Source: a virus
IMG/VR virus record: IMGVR_UViG_3300030524_000001
Direction: 5' to 3' (one strand)
DNA: 29,295 bases
The notes beneath the pieces are model-generated. The model was not told where the DNA came from. It saw only the letters and a program-made list of their open reading frames with translations, and did no database searches. Positions 1-6,982 of this stretch are shown in pieces. Each line of letters begins with the position of its first letter. Positions within the stretch are counted from its first letter, which is position 1. A program made the translations under genes and the position numbers.

Positions 1-56
1 ATTGTGGTTGTGGTGGACAGTGCCGAGTTCCAGCACATGAACTGGGAGCCAGCCAA
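1..56 (-). CDS. N-terminus of a gene running off the left edge (MAGSQFMCWNSALSTTT...), probably virion-associated
   Basis: AGGAGG followed 5 nt later by TTG at 56, directly after the stop of 66..611; frame open to the edge. Confidence 0.55.
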   Translation of the reverse strand, partial: MAGSQFMCWNSALSTTTT

Positions 57-65
57 GGTCGCCTC

Positions 66-611
66 CTACCAGAGATGCGCGCGGGAGAGGGCCTGAGCTG
101 TGTTGTGGATCGGGTTGACGGCGCCGCCGGGAATGTCGGGCAGCACGCCGAAATAGAACTCGTCCATGTAGAAGACCTGGCCGGACGCGGAGGCGATGGC
201 GAGCGGCAGCGGCAGCGCGGATGCGGCAGTTGCGGGGGCGGCTGCCTGCGTGCTGATCAATGTCCAGGTGCCCGAGTTGGCGGCCTGCCCGGTCGCCGAG
301 TCCGACAGGTACGTGCCACCGGAGGTGTACCAGTTGATCTCTGCGGTAGCGGTCCGGCCGACCAGGGCCGTGTAGATCCAAAAGCTGAACGTGTAGACGA
401 CACCCACGGTCACCGGCAGGCGCGTCGTGTTCCAGGCAAGTCCGGCGAAGCTCGTGCCCGCCGAGGTGACTTGGATCGAGTGCGTGCCGTCCAGGGCGAA
501 CGCTGTGGACGACGCGATCGTCGGTGTCGTGGTACCTGATGCTGCCCAGTCGCCGACGCCCGACTCGACCGATTCGTCCGCGTACGAGAATTGGTTGCCC
601 ATGATTGGCAC
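66..611 (-). CDS. Phage protein with carbohydrate-binding/galactose-binding-like beta-sandwich (minor tail or virion accessory)
   Basis: Ser/Thr/Gly-rich; ESGVGDW, GTHSIQVT, YTFSFWIY, WTLIS, FYMDE motifs typical of CBM-like tail domains; RBS AAGGGG. Confidence 0.65.
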   Translation of the reverse strand: MPIMGNQFSYADESVESGVGDWAASGTTTPTIASSTAFALDGTHSIQVTSAGTSFAGLAWNTTRLPVTVGVVYTFSFWIYTALVGRTATAEINWYTSGGTYLSDSATGQAANSGTWTLISTQAAAPATAASALPLPLAIASASGQVFYMDEFYFGVLPDIPGGAVNPIHNTAQALSRAHLW

Positions 612-643
612 AGGTCAGCGCCCCTTTTGGTCGTGCGGGGAGG

Positions 644-1129
644 CTAGTTCTCCTGCCACTGCACAAGCACGTTGGACACAGCGTTCGCGGTAGGCATGGA
701 CAACGTGAACGTCGACGCGGTGACGGTCTGCGTTCCCCCGAGGTCCCAGTACGCGATCACCTGGTTGGTGGTGTCGGAGCCGCCGACGGTGTTGTCGAAG
801 AACAGGGCGTACACCGCGGAGAAGCTCGCGGACGTCCACGACGGGTTCGCGCCGACGACCAGCGACGTGTAGTTGTGCGGCGAGCTGAACGTGTCCGAGG
901 TGCTGACCGACGTCAGTGTCTGGCGGGAGTACCCGCCACCCGACACCTCGGTGAGCGTGCCGTTCGCCGTGAGGAAGTCGTGGACGTGGACAGCGGCGTT
1001 GGCCGTCGAGTTCCACGTGTACGTGCCCGACGCCACCAGCAGGCATTCGAGCGTGTCCGTGGTGACGTTGACAGTTTTCGAGTTCAACGCGTCGATGAAC
1101 GAAGGGAAGACGTAAGCGGTCACAGCCAT
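644..1129 (-). CDS. Phage virion (minor tail-type) protein
   Basis: Thr/Ser-rich beta protein with EVSGGGYSRQTL and IAYWDLG motifs recalled from actinophage tail-associated proteins; RBS AGGAGG. Confidence 0.65.
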   Translation of the reverse strand: MAVTAYVFPSFIDALNSKTVNVTTDTLECLLVASGTYTWNSTANAAVHVHDFLTANGTLTEVSGGGYSRQTLTSVSTSDTFSSPHNYTSLVVGANPSWTSASFSAVYALFFDNTVGGSDTTNQVIAYWDLGGTQTVTASTFTLSMPTANAVSNVLVQWQEN

Positions 1130-1162
1130 CGACGCGCCTCCTGTCGGTTGTGGTGGGTCTGA

Positions 1163-1498
1163 CTACTCGGCAGCCGGAGCCGCAGGCTCGGCCGGCGCTG
1201 CGGGGGTCTGTCCGAGGAAGGCTTCGATGGCGGTCTTGAGCGCCTCGAACTCGGTCTTGAGGTCGCCGACCGCCTCGGTCGCGAGCTGCGTGCCGTCGAC
1301 CTCGGCCTGGGCGAGGAGCTTGGTGATGTCGGCGGTGACGTCGGCGCGGACCTGCGCGAGGGCGGGGGCGAGTTCGCCGACGAGCCCAGACACGATCTTC
1401 TCGGCCTCGCCGAACAGACCGGATGCCTTCGCGGCGAGTTCGTGGCCTTCGGCTTCGAGCTTGGTGACGATCTCGTGGAACTCGGTGAGGAACGACAT
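1163..1498 (-). CDS. Acidic helical hypothetical protein (111 aa)
   Basis: AAGGAG before ATG 1498; amphipathic-helix pattern. Confidence 0.75.
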   Translation of the reverse strand: MSFLTEFHEIVTKLEAEGHELAAKASGLFGEAEKIVSGLVGELAPALAQVRADVTADITKLLAQAEVDGTQLATEAVGDLKTEFEALKTAIEAFLGQTPAAPAEPAAPAAE

Positions 1499-1526
1499 GG
1501 TGGGACTCCTTGAGGGTGAGGGTGGT

Positions 1527-2213
1527 TCAGCGGCGGAAGTAGATCGGGTTGAGCTGGGCGAGGCGCAGCATCTGCTTCTGGATCTCGTCGCGCAGGTCGC
1601 GTTGGCTGAGGACACTGCCGGAGACGTTGATCGTCATGGTCAGCGGGGCGGGCTTCTCGGGCTCGGGCGCGGCGTCCTGGTCGTCGCCGCAGGGCCAGTG
1701 CCAGGACCCGACCTCGGTACAGGTCTCGTCATGGGTCTGCGTCAGCCACTGCACGACGTCGTCGGTCCAGGGCAGCGGGCCGTCCAGGATGAGAACGGTG
1801 TCCACGCCCGGCGGGGTGGCCCGGTGTTCGGCTACGCGGAGCGGCGCGCAGCCGCCGAGCACGTCGTCCGGGCGCCAGATGTGCACCATCTCGCCGACCT
1901 CGGGCAGCCGCTCGGCCTTGACCGGGGCCTCGGCGCTGTCGTCAGCGAACTCGCCCCGCACTCGGCCGAGGAACTCCTCGCGGGTGACGACGCCCTCGCG
2001 CAGCCACTCGTCGACGTCGGGGCCGGGAGTCTCCTCCAGCGCGTAGCTGGCCCAGTGCCCGTGCTGGAACCGGGCCACGGTCTGCACGTCGCCGTGGCGT
2101 GTGGCCTGGATGTGGAGGTCGCCGCCCTGGTCGACGTGAACGCCGTCGCAGGGGATGTGCTCGTGCTGCTCGTTCGGGCAGGCGAGGCGGACGATCGCGG
2201 TGTGGCGGCTCAC
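1527..2213 (-). CDS. Hypothetical phage protein
   Basis: GGGAG RBS; GTGA overlap with the upstream stop at 2210-2213. Confidence 0.7.
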   Translation of the reverse strand: MSRHTAIVRLACPNEQHEHIPCDGVHVDQGGDLHIQATRHGDVQTVARFQHGHWASYALEETPGPDVDEWLREGVVTREEFLGRVRGEFADDSAEAPVKAERLPEVGEMVHIWRPDDVLGGCAPLRVAEHRATPPGVDTVLILDGPLPWTDDVVQWLTQTHDETCTEVGSWHWPCGDDQDAAPEPEKPAPLTMTINVSGSVLSQRDLRDEIQKQMLRLAQLNPIYFRR

Positions 2214-2389
2214 GACGTCACTCCCGTGCACCTCTTGCAGGGCAGTTGCCGGTGGTGCACGTGGCAGGACGGGTCCCGCGCGGGTTCGTAGCGCGGCGCG
2301 GGCCCGTTGTAGTGCGCGAACTTGCGGGCCTGGTCACGGGATACGGCACGACGCTGAGCGCGCGGCCACGGGAAAGCGAGGGTGGACAT
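2210..2389 (-). CDS. Small Cys/His-rich protein (59 aa)
   Basis: GGAG RBS, ATG 2389, CHVH...PCKRC; coupled to the downstream gene. Confidence 0.6.
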   Translation of the reverse strand: MSTLAFPWPRAQRRAVSRDQARKFAHYNGPAPRYEPARDPSCHVHHRQLPCKRCTGVTS

Positions 2390-2430
2390 GCAGGTGCTCC
2401 GAGGGTGTGAGCAGTGGGGGTGAGGGTTGA

Positions 2431-2619
2431 TCAGGTGGTGACGCGGATCTCCGGCCGCCCGGCGCGCTTCCACGCTTCGAGGCAGGCCGCGTCGTCGTCG
2501 CAGCCGTGGCGCGCGATGGTGAAGTCGGCGGTGTCGCCGTCGTAGGCGCGATAGTCGCGGCAACCGCCCTGGCAGACGGAGATCCCGCAGACGTCGCAGC
2601 CGTGGCAGCTGTCAGCCAT
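2431..2619 (-). CDS. Small Cys-rich protein (62 aa)
   Basis: CHGCDVC..C..GC; start overlaps the end of 2612..2866. Confidence 0.6.
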   Translation of the reverse strand: MADSCHGCDVCGISVCQGGCRDYRAYDGDTADFTIARHGCDDDAACLEAWKRAGRPEIRVTT

Positions 2620-2866
2620 CGAGTGCCGCCCTTACCAGGCAGTCCTTCGCCTCCAGGAGCTTCCGCAGCCCGGCGGTGAGCTCCGGGCCGTCCGGGAGTG
2701 CGATCACCATCTGCCCTGCGAGCTGGCAGACCGGCCGCGAGATGACCTGAAGGTGCGTCGGCAGGTGGCTGTAGGCGAAGTGCTTCATCAGTTGCTGCGT
2801 GGACGGATGCCGCTCGGAGAGCTGGAGTGCCATGGGCGGATTCGGGGCGTCGTCGTGCTCGGGCAT
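2612..2866 (-). CDS. Small phage helical-hairpin protein, possible Acb2/Tad1-like sponge
   Basis: FAYSHLP..LQ..S...LA...LPDGPELTAGLRKLLEAKD..VRA motif; RBS GAAGGA. Confidence 0.7.
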   Translation of the reverse strand: MPEHDDAPNPPMALQLSERHPSTQQLMKHFAYSHLPTHLQVISRPVCQLAGQMVIALPDGPELTAGLRKLLEAKDCLVRAALDG

Positions 2867-2894
2867 GCGAGGGTCCTTCGAGGGTGAGGGTTGA

Positions 2895-3077
2895 TCAGTC
2901 GGGCAGGAACTCGGCGGTCGGCCCGTTCGCCGGGCATGACTCGCCGACGTGCTGCCAGCGGGTCTCGCCGAGTAGCGCGGGCTGCTGGCAGCGACTGCAG
3001 CGGCCCGGGATGCAGGTCCACAGGTCGGGCGGCGTGAACGGCGCGTCGAGATGCCGGAGAGGATGATCGTCGGTCAA
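2895..3077 (-). CDS. Small Zn-finger-like protein (60 aa)
   Basis: CSRC..H..C; TTGA overlap with the upstream stop. Confidence 0.6.
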   Translation of the reverse strand: MTDDHPLRHLDAPFTPPDLWTCIPGRCSRCQQPALLGETRWQHVGESCPANGPTAEFLPD

Positions 3078-3253
3078 GCCGTGGACTCCGTCTGGTGCTC
3101 GGCGACGTGGGCGTCAATCGGCTCCCGGTCGATGCCGACGTGAACCTCAACGGTGCGCAGCCCGACCCAGTCGCCCGGCGTTGCACTCACCGGGATGACG
3201 ATGGGGATGTCGCACTCCGGGCAGATCACCGTGATCGGGTCGAGGCTGGCCAT
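3074..3253 (-). CDS. Small Zn-binding protein (59 aa)
   Basis: CPEC...HVAEH; TGATG overlap. Confidence 0.65.
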   Translation of the reverse strand: MASLDPITVICPECDIPIVIPVSATPGDWVGLRTVEVHVGIDREPIDAHVAEHQTESTA

Positions 3254-3399
3254 CACGCCTCGCCTTCGTCGTCGCCGTCGAACTGCTCGCACTCACACGG
3301 CCAGCCGTCCAGCGACCGATCCCGGCAGGTACCGCCGTTGAGGTGCTTGTCGTACACGTGGGCGCAGGAACACCAGCGCAGAGCGTCAGAGGCGGGCAT
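3253..3399 (-). CDS. Small Cys/His-rich protein (48 aa)
   Basis: CSCAH..H...C...CEC; GAGGCGG RBS. Confidence 0.6.
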   Translation of the reverse strand: MPASDALRWCSCAHVYDKHLNGGTCRDRSLDGWPCECEQFDGDDEGEA

Positions 3400-3401
3400 G
3401 G

Positions 3402-3520
3402 TCACCGCCTCAGCTCGTCCCGGGTCACCCCGAGCGCCAGGTCGTAGCGGTCGCACACCCAGCCGCCCGGCAGGCGAGGGAATGCCAGAAGGTGTCGAGG
3501 AAGGACCAGACGCGGAGCAC
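3402..3520 (-). pseudogene. Possible frameshifted small ORF
   Basis: MLRVWSFLDTFWHSL in one frame joins LPGGWVCDRYDLALGVTRDELRR* in another if 1 nt is restored; stop abuts the next gene. Confidence 0.3.
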
Positions 3521-3540
3521 AGCATCGCCCCCACATGTTG

Positions 3541-3614
3541 AGCCCCGGACAGGAATTGAACCTGTGACCTCCGAATTACGAAGACGGCGCTCTGCCAAAC
3601 TGAGCTACCGAGGC
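3541..3614 (-). tRNA. tRNA-Thr(CGT), weak anticodon stem
   Basis: GCCTCGG/CCGGGGC acceptor, GCTC/GAGC D-stem, TT-CGT-AA loop, ACAGG-TTCAATT-CCTGT T-arm; only 3 of 5 anticodon-stem pairs. Confidence 0.85.
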
Positions 3615-3746
3615 AAGCGACCGCCGGTGCGCGGTGCGAAGATCCGCGACTCACCGGCAGTGCCCGGGAGGTGCTCGCCAAGCTGAGCTTCGCCGCAGCC
3701 ATCCGGCCGCGACGGCGGGATTCGAACCCGCGCCATTCTCCCTACG
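3615..3746 (-). ncRNA. Circularly permuted tRNA-like RNA (YrlA-like topology) plus 3' hairpin
   Basis: GGGAG, T-arm, 10-bp acceptor hairpin closed by GGAT, D-arm, CTCCC (3742 to 3666), then a hairpin at 3661-3620. Confidence 0.7.
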
Positions 3747-3819
3747 CTGGCCCGGCAGGAATCGAACCTGCGACGCTCCCGTTAACAGCGGGACGCTCTG
3801 CCTACTGAGCTACGAGCCA
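3747..3819 (-). tRNA. tRNA-Asn(GTT)
   Basis: Full cloverleaf TGGCTCG/CGGGCCA, TCCCG-CT-GTT-AA-CGGGA, G73; CCA not encoded. Confidence 0.95.
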
Positions 3820-3822
3820 TCA

Positions 3823-3895
3823 GGTGACCGACGGGGTTCGAACCCGCAACCACCGCGACCACAACGCGGCGCTCGACCAGTTGAGCTGCGGTCAC
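3823..3895 (-). tRNA. tRNA-His(GTG)
   Basis: GTGACCG/CGGTCAC, CCGCG-TT-GTG-GT-CGCGG, C73; C at position 8, no encoded G-1. Confidence 0.92.
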
Positions 3896-3897
3896 AG

Positions 3898-3969
3898 TAG
3901 CGGGAGCGGGGATTGAACCCGCGACCTAAGGCTTATGGGGCCCTCGCGCTACCGCTGCGCCATCCCGCT
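3898..3969 (-). tRNA. tRNA-Met(CAT), atypical
   Basis: AGCGGGA/TCCCGCT, AGGGC-CC-CAT-AA-GCCTT, GCGGG-TTCAATC-CCCGC, A73. Confidence 0.9.
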
Positions 3970-3985
3970 GCGTCGATCCTACGAA

Positions 3986-4213
3986 CCGGCCGCCGTCCGG
4001 GCGACCGGGTTTTGGGCTCGCGGCCCCGACACCGTGCGGAGGTAGCGCAGGGCCGCGAGCAGACCCGCGTCAGCGATGACCCTCGGCATCTCGACGAGCC
4101 CCAACGGTGCGCGGAGCAGACGCACGCCGCTGGTCTGGTGAGCCGCCCGGCCCGGGGACTTGGGCCGGGCGGCAGCCCCGCCGGCCGGGGGATGGGCACG
4201 GAACGCGGCGGGG
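3986..4213 (-). ncRNA. Structured non-coding leader upstream of the tRNA array
   Basis: Five tiled hairpins; no convincing ORF. Confidence 0.4.
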
Positions 4214-4222
4214 AGTCGATGG

Positions 4223-4456
4223 TCAGGCGGCGGTGGTGATTCGCTCTCGCCGTATCCGCACGTCGTGCTCGGCCTTCAGTACGTCGAGCGCCCGGTAGAG
4301 CGGGGTGCGCACGCCGGGGTTGACCCGCTTGAGGTAGCCGCGGCTCGCCCACACGGCAATCCGGCCCGGGTCCACCCTGGCGGCCCGCGCGGCTTCCTGA
4401 GGATTCCAGAGCGTCGCTTCAAGGCTCCCGGTGATCGACACGGGCTCGTCGTCCAT
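4223..4456 (-). CDS. MerR/excisionase-like HTH protein
   Basis: EAARAARVDPGRIAVWASRGYL..PLYRALDVLKAE; alternative GTG start at 4465. Confidence 0.8.
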   Translation of the reverse strand: MDDEPVSITGSLEATLWNPQEAARAARVDPGRIAVWASRGYLKRVNPGVRTPLYRALDVLKAEHDVRIRRERITTAA

Positions 4457-4490
4457 CGTCTGCACGGAAGGCCACCGCCTTCCGTGCATG

Positions 4491-4530
4491 CGAAAAGCCC
4501 CGCCGACCGGTGAGGGCTGACGGGGCTTCG
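4491..4530 (-). terminator. Intrinsic terminator-like hairpin
   Basis: AAGCCCCGTCAGCC..GGTCGGCGGGGCTTTT on the minus strand. Confidence 0.6.
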
Positions 4531-4536
4531 GGGCGC

Positions 4537-5310
4537 TTATGCGGCGGTGGTCTCTTGGACACACTCCGCCGCGGCTGAGATTACGGCAAACCGATCTTCG
4601 GCGCTAGCCCGCTCGGCAATCCGGTGCTTCTCGGTGAGTTCCTTCGACCAGGCCATGTACTCGGCCTCGGTCATGAGGTTCCCGCAGGCGACGTTTCTGC
4701 ACTCGACGTAGTCTTCGCCGTCGCCGTAGAACAGGGCCCGCCAGTCGCACTTGGGACACGGCGCAGATCGCTGCTCCAGTCTGGCGTCCCGCCGGGTGAA
4801 CCGTGTCGCCGCCCGGTGCCAGTACGAGATCTGGGAGGCCGGGTTCGCGGAGTCCCGGTCGTGGGCTTCGGTCGCGGCGGGGTGGAAGGTCAGCGACCAG
4901 TCGAGGTGGGTCAGAAGGAACGTCACTGCGCCGGTCGCGGTCTGGCCTTCGCGCCCACGGTCCGGGCGGAAGTTGAGGTGCCGCAACTGGCGGATGTCGT
5001 CCTCCAGCTCGGTGAGGCCACCGACGATCAGGTCGGTCATGAGCCGGGCTGCCTGCCCTGGCCAGACGGCTTCGGGTGCGCGGCCGATCGTGCCGACCTT
5101 GTCGCCGGCGCGGGTGCCGTTGACGGCTTCGAGCCAGACTGCGGCGAGGAGTTCGGGGAGTTCGGCGAGCTGGTGGTAGGCGCGACCCATGCAGCTCAAG
5201 CAGTGCACGGGCGTTCCCCAGACTGGGCTGAGTTCGTGGGGCAGGTCGGCGAGTTCGGCTTTCCGCCAGGCGTTGTTGTGGGTTCCAGGGCACGGCGTGA
5301 GGGCAGGCAC
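4537..5310 (-). CDS. Zn-ribbon protein, putative late-gene regulator
   Basis: GGGAG RBS and GTG 5310; C-terminal CPKC...C...C, N-terminal C..CLSC; lies just before the HTH gene, tRNAs and late genes. Confidence 0.65.
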   Translation of the reverse strand: MPALTPCPGTHNNAWRKAELADLPHELSPVWGTPVHCLSCMGRAYHQLAELPELLAAVWLEAVNGTRAGDKVGTIGRAPEAVWPGQAARLMTDLIVGGLTELEDDIRQLRHLNFRPDRGREGQTATGAVTFLLTHLDWSLTFHPAATEAHDRDSANPASQISYWHRAATRFTRRDARLEQRSAPCPKCDWRALFYGDGEDYVECRNVACGNLMTEAEYMAWSKELTEKHRIAERASAEDRFAVISAAAECVQETTAA

Positions 5311-5550
5311 GAGACAGACTCCCGGTGGGTCAGGAGCGGCAGGAATGAGCCCAGTATGCGCCTGATGCGGCGGATCACGTGCGTGACCTGCGCGGAGCGT
5401 ACTTCGGCCCCGGTCGCCGGGGGGAGGGCGGCCGGGGCCGGAGTCTTGCCGACGCGGATCGGCGTACAACCAGCATGCGCCGGACCTGTTCGTCCGCGCA
5501 GGCGAATCAGGCTGTTTCGCGTGCGTAGCAGGTGACAGTGCGTCACTCTG

Positions 5551-5772
5551 ATGTTCATGGGGACGACGGTGCTGCTGAAAGTCGACACGGAGCCCGAGGC
5601 CCAGGCGTGGGTGACGGTGCTGCGGACCCTCGGCCTGGACGTCGGCCGCCCGTCCAACTCGCCTGCCGTGTCCGGTGACGGGCGGTGGCTGATCCGGGCC
5701 CGCGCACCAGAGGCTCAGCGCGCGCAGCGGCACGACGACCGGACGTGCACCATCCCGAACGAAGCCTCATAG
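5551..5772 (+). CDS. Small hypothetical protein, opposite strand
   Basis: GC3-rich N-terminal part; 3' end overlaps the convergent gene. Confidence 0.5.
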   Translation: MFMGTTVLLKVDTEPEAQAWVTVLRTLGLDVGRPSNSPAVSGDGRWLIRARAPEAQRAQRHDDRTCTIPNEAS

Positions 5773-6374
5773 CAGCGCCGCTCCACTACCTGCGGCCGAC
5801 GCGACACCCACTCCCGGCCGAGCGTCCATTGCAGCCGCCCTGGCGACCATCCCTGATCAGCGGCGTATCCGCTGATCACCGACGCGACCTGTTCGCGTAG
5901 TGCCGGTTCGGGGTTTTCGCCATAGGAGTTGACCACGGTGCGTTCACCCGGGCGGTCGATGTGCGTGCCGCTGGCGACTTCGTAGTCCCACCTGCTGTCC
6001 GCACCGCCGCCGGGGTGCCGTTCGACGGTCCCCTCCGGATAGACGGTCACCCACAGGCTCTGATACTGGATGCGCCGGGGGAGCACGCTGAGGACGTCGT
6101 ACTCTTCGATGCCGTAGCCGCTGTACTGCTGGGGTCCGCCGAGCTGGACGCGGTGCTGCTCGGCGAGCTCCGGGGTCGCGAGGATCGCACGGACACCGTT
6201 GTCCTCGTACTCGGTGGCGTGGACAGCCCACACCGTCTGCGGCCCTTCGGCGGCGACTTCGGCCCGGATCAGCTCTGCGGCTTCCCGCCAGCCCTCGAAC
6301 TTGCCGCCACCGAAACCCACGGCGTCGGCTTCCAACTGGTCGGCGAGCGCGGTCATGCGCGCGGCGAGAGTCAT
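5715..6374 (-). CDS. Hypothetical phage protein
   Basis: ATGA overlap at 6371-6374; GC3-rich. Confidence 0.7.
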   Translation of the reverse strand: MTLAARMTALADQLEADAVGFGGGKFEGWREAAELIRAEVAAEGPQTVWAVHATEYEDNGVRAILATPELAEQHRVQLGGPQQYSGYGIEEYDVLSVLPRRIQYQSLWVTVYPEGTVERHPGGGADSRWDYEVASGTHIDRPGERTVVNSYGENPEPALREQVASVISGYAADQGWSPGRLQWTLGREWVSRRPQVVERRCYEASFGMVHVRSSCRCAR

Positions 6375-6706
6375 GCCGACCATGATGCGCGCTCTTCCCG
6401 GATCCGCTGCCTGAGTTCTTCCACGGCCGCGAGCAGTGCAGCGTGCGTCGCGGCCGGGGTGAGCCCGACCGCGTTGACGCTCCATTGTCGGGGCGGCTGG
6501 GGGCTCTCTTCCGGGATGATCGGGTCGAGTTGCCGGATCTCGGTCCACGGGGTGGCGTAGCGCTGCTCGTCGCCGTCTCGCCGGGCGCGGCCGACGAATC
6601 CGATGTCGGGGTTGGGTAGCAGCGGCGTCCTGGGGTTCAGCGGCAGGCGGGTGTTCTCGTAGGCGGTGGCGGTGTAGTTCCAGAGGGTTCCGGTGGCGTC
6701 GGCCAT
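6371..6706 (-). CDS. Hypothetical protein
   Basis: GC3-rich ORF coupled to the downstream gene; possibly leaderless. Confidence 0.65.
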   Translation of the reverse strand: MADATGTLWNYTATAYENTRLPLNPRTPLLPNPDIGFVGRARRDGDEQRYATPWTEIRQLDPIIPEESPQPPRQWSVNAVGLTPAATHAALLAAVEELRQRIREERASWSA

Positions 6707-6741
6707 GCGATCAGGATGCCATTGGAGGCGGACATGCCACA

Positions 6742-6765
6742 GCCCCGCCGAGGGGACGGCGGGGC
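6742..6765 (-). terminator. Hairpin, possible terminator
   Basis: GCCCCGCCG-N6-CGGCGGGGC, intergenic. Confidence 0.45.
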
Positions 6766-6805
6766 CGGGTGGCTGGCGGTCTTCCTCCGCCGGGACCAGT
6801 GTGCG

Positions 6806-6982
6806 TCAGTCCGCGTCTGGTTGGTGTTCGTTGCAGCGGGCGGCGTGGGCTTCGGCGTCGACGCGGGTGTCCCAGCGGCCGAGTACTTCGCTGCGGGTCT
6901 GGTTGTCGCGGACGTGGTAGGTCGTCTCCGTGCGGCCGAGACCGGCGGGCGGCCAGCTGACGACCTCGAAGCGGGCGCTCAC
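6806..6982 (-). CDS. Small hypothetical protein (58 aa)
   Basis: GTGA overlap with the DUF4236 stop. Confidence 0.65.
   Translation of the reverse strand: MSARFEVVSWPPAGLGRTETTYHVRDNQTRSEVLGRWDTRVDAEAHAARCNEHQPDAD

Noticed and set aside
3615-3746. Two-piece tmRNA or suppressor tRNA reading of the permuted element
   Set aside because: No G3-U70 pair, a D-stem is present, no tag ORF, and no U33-anticodon loop can be assembled
3541-3969. tRNA genes as an integration (att) site
   Set aside because: No integrase or duplicated tRNA 3' end nearby; phage-like genes on both sides
3400-4220. Hammerhead or HDV-like (theta) ribozyme next to the tRNAs
   Set aside because: No CUGANGA/GAAA core or nested double pseudoknot found by eye; a motif search is needed to exclude it fully
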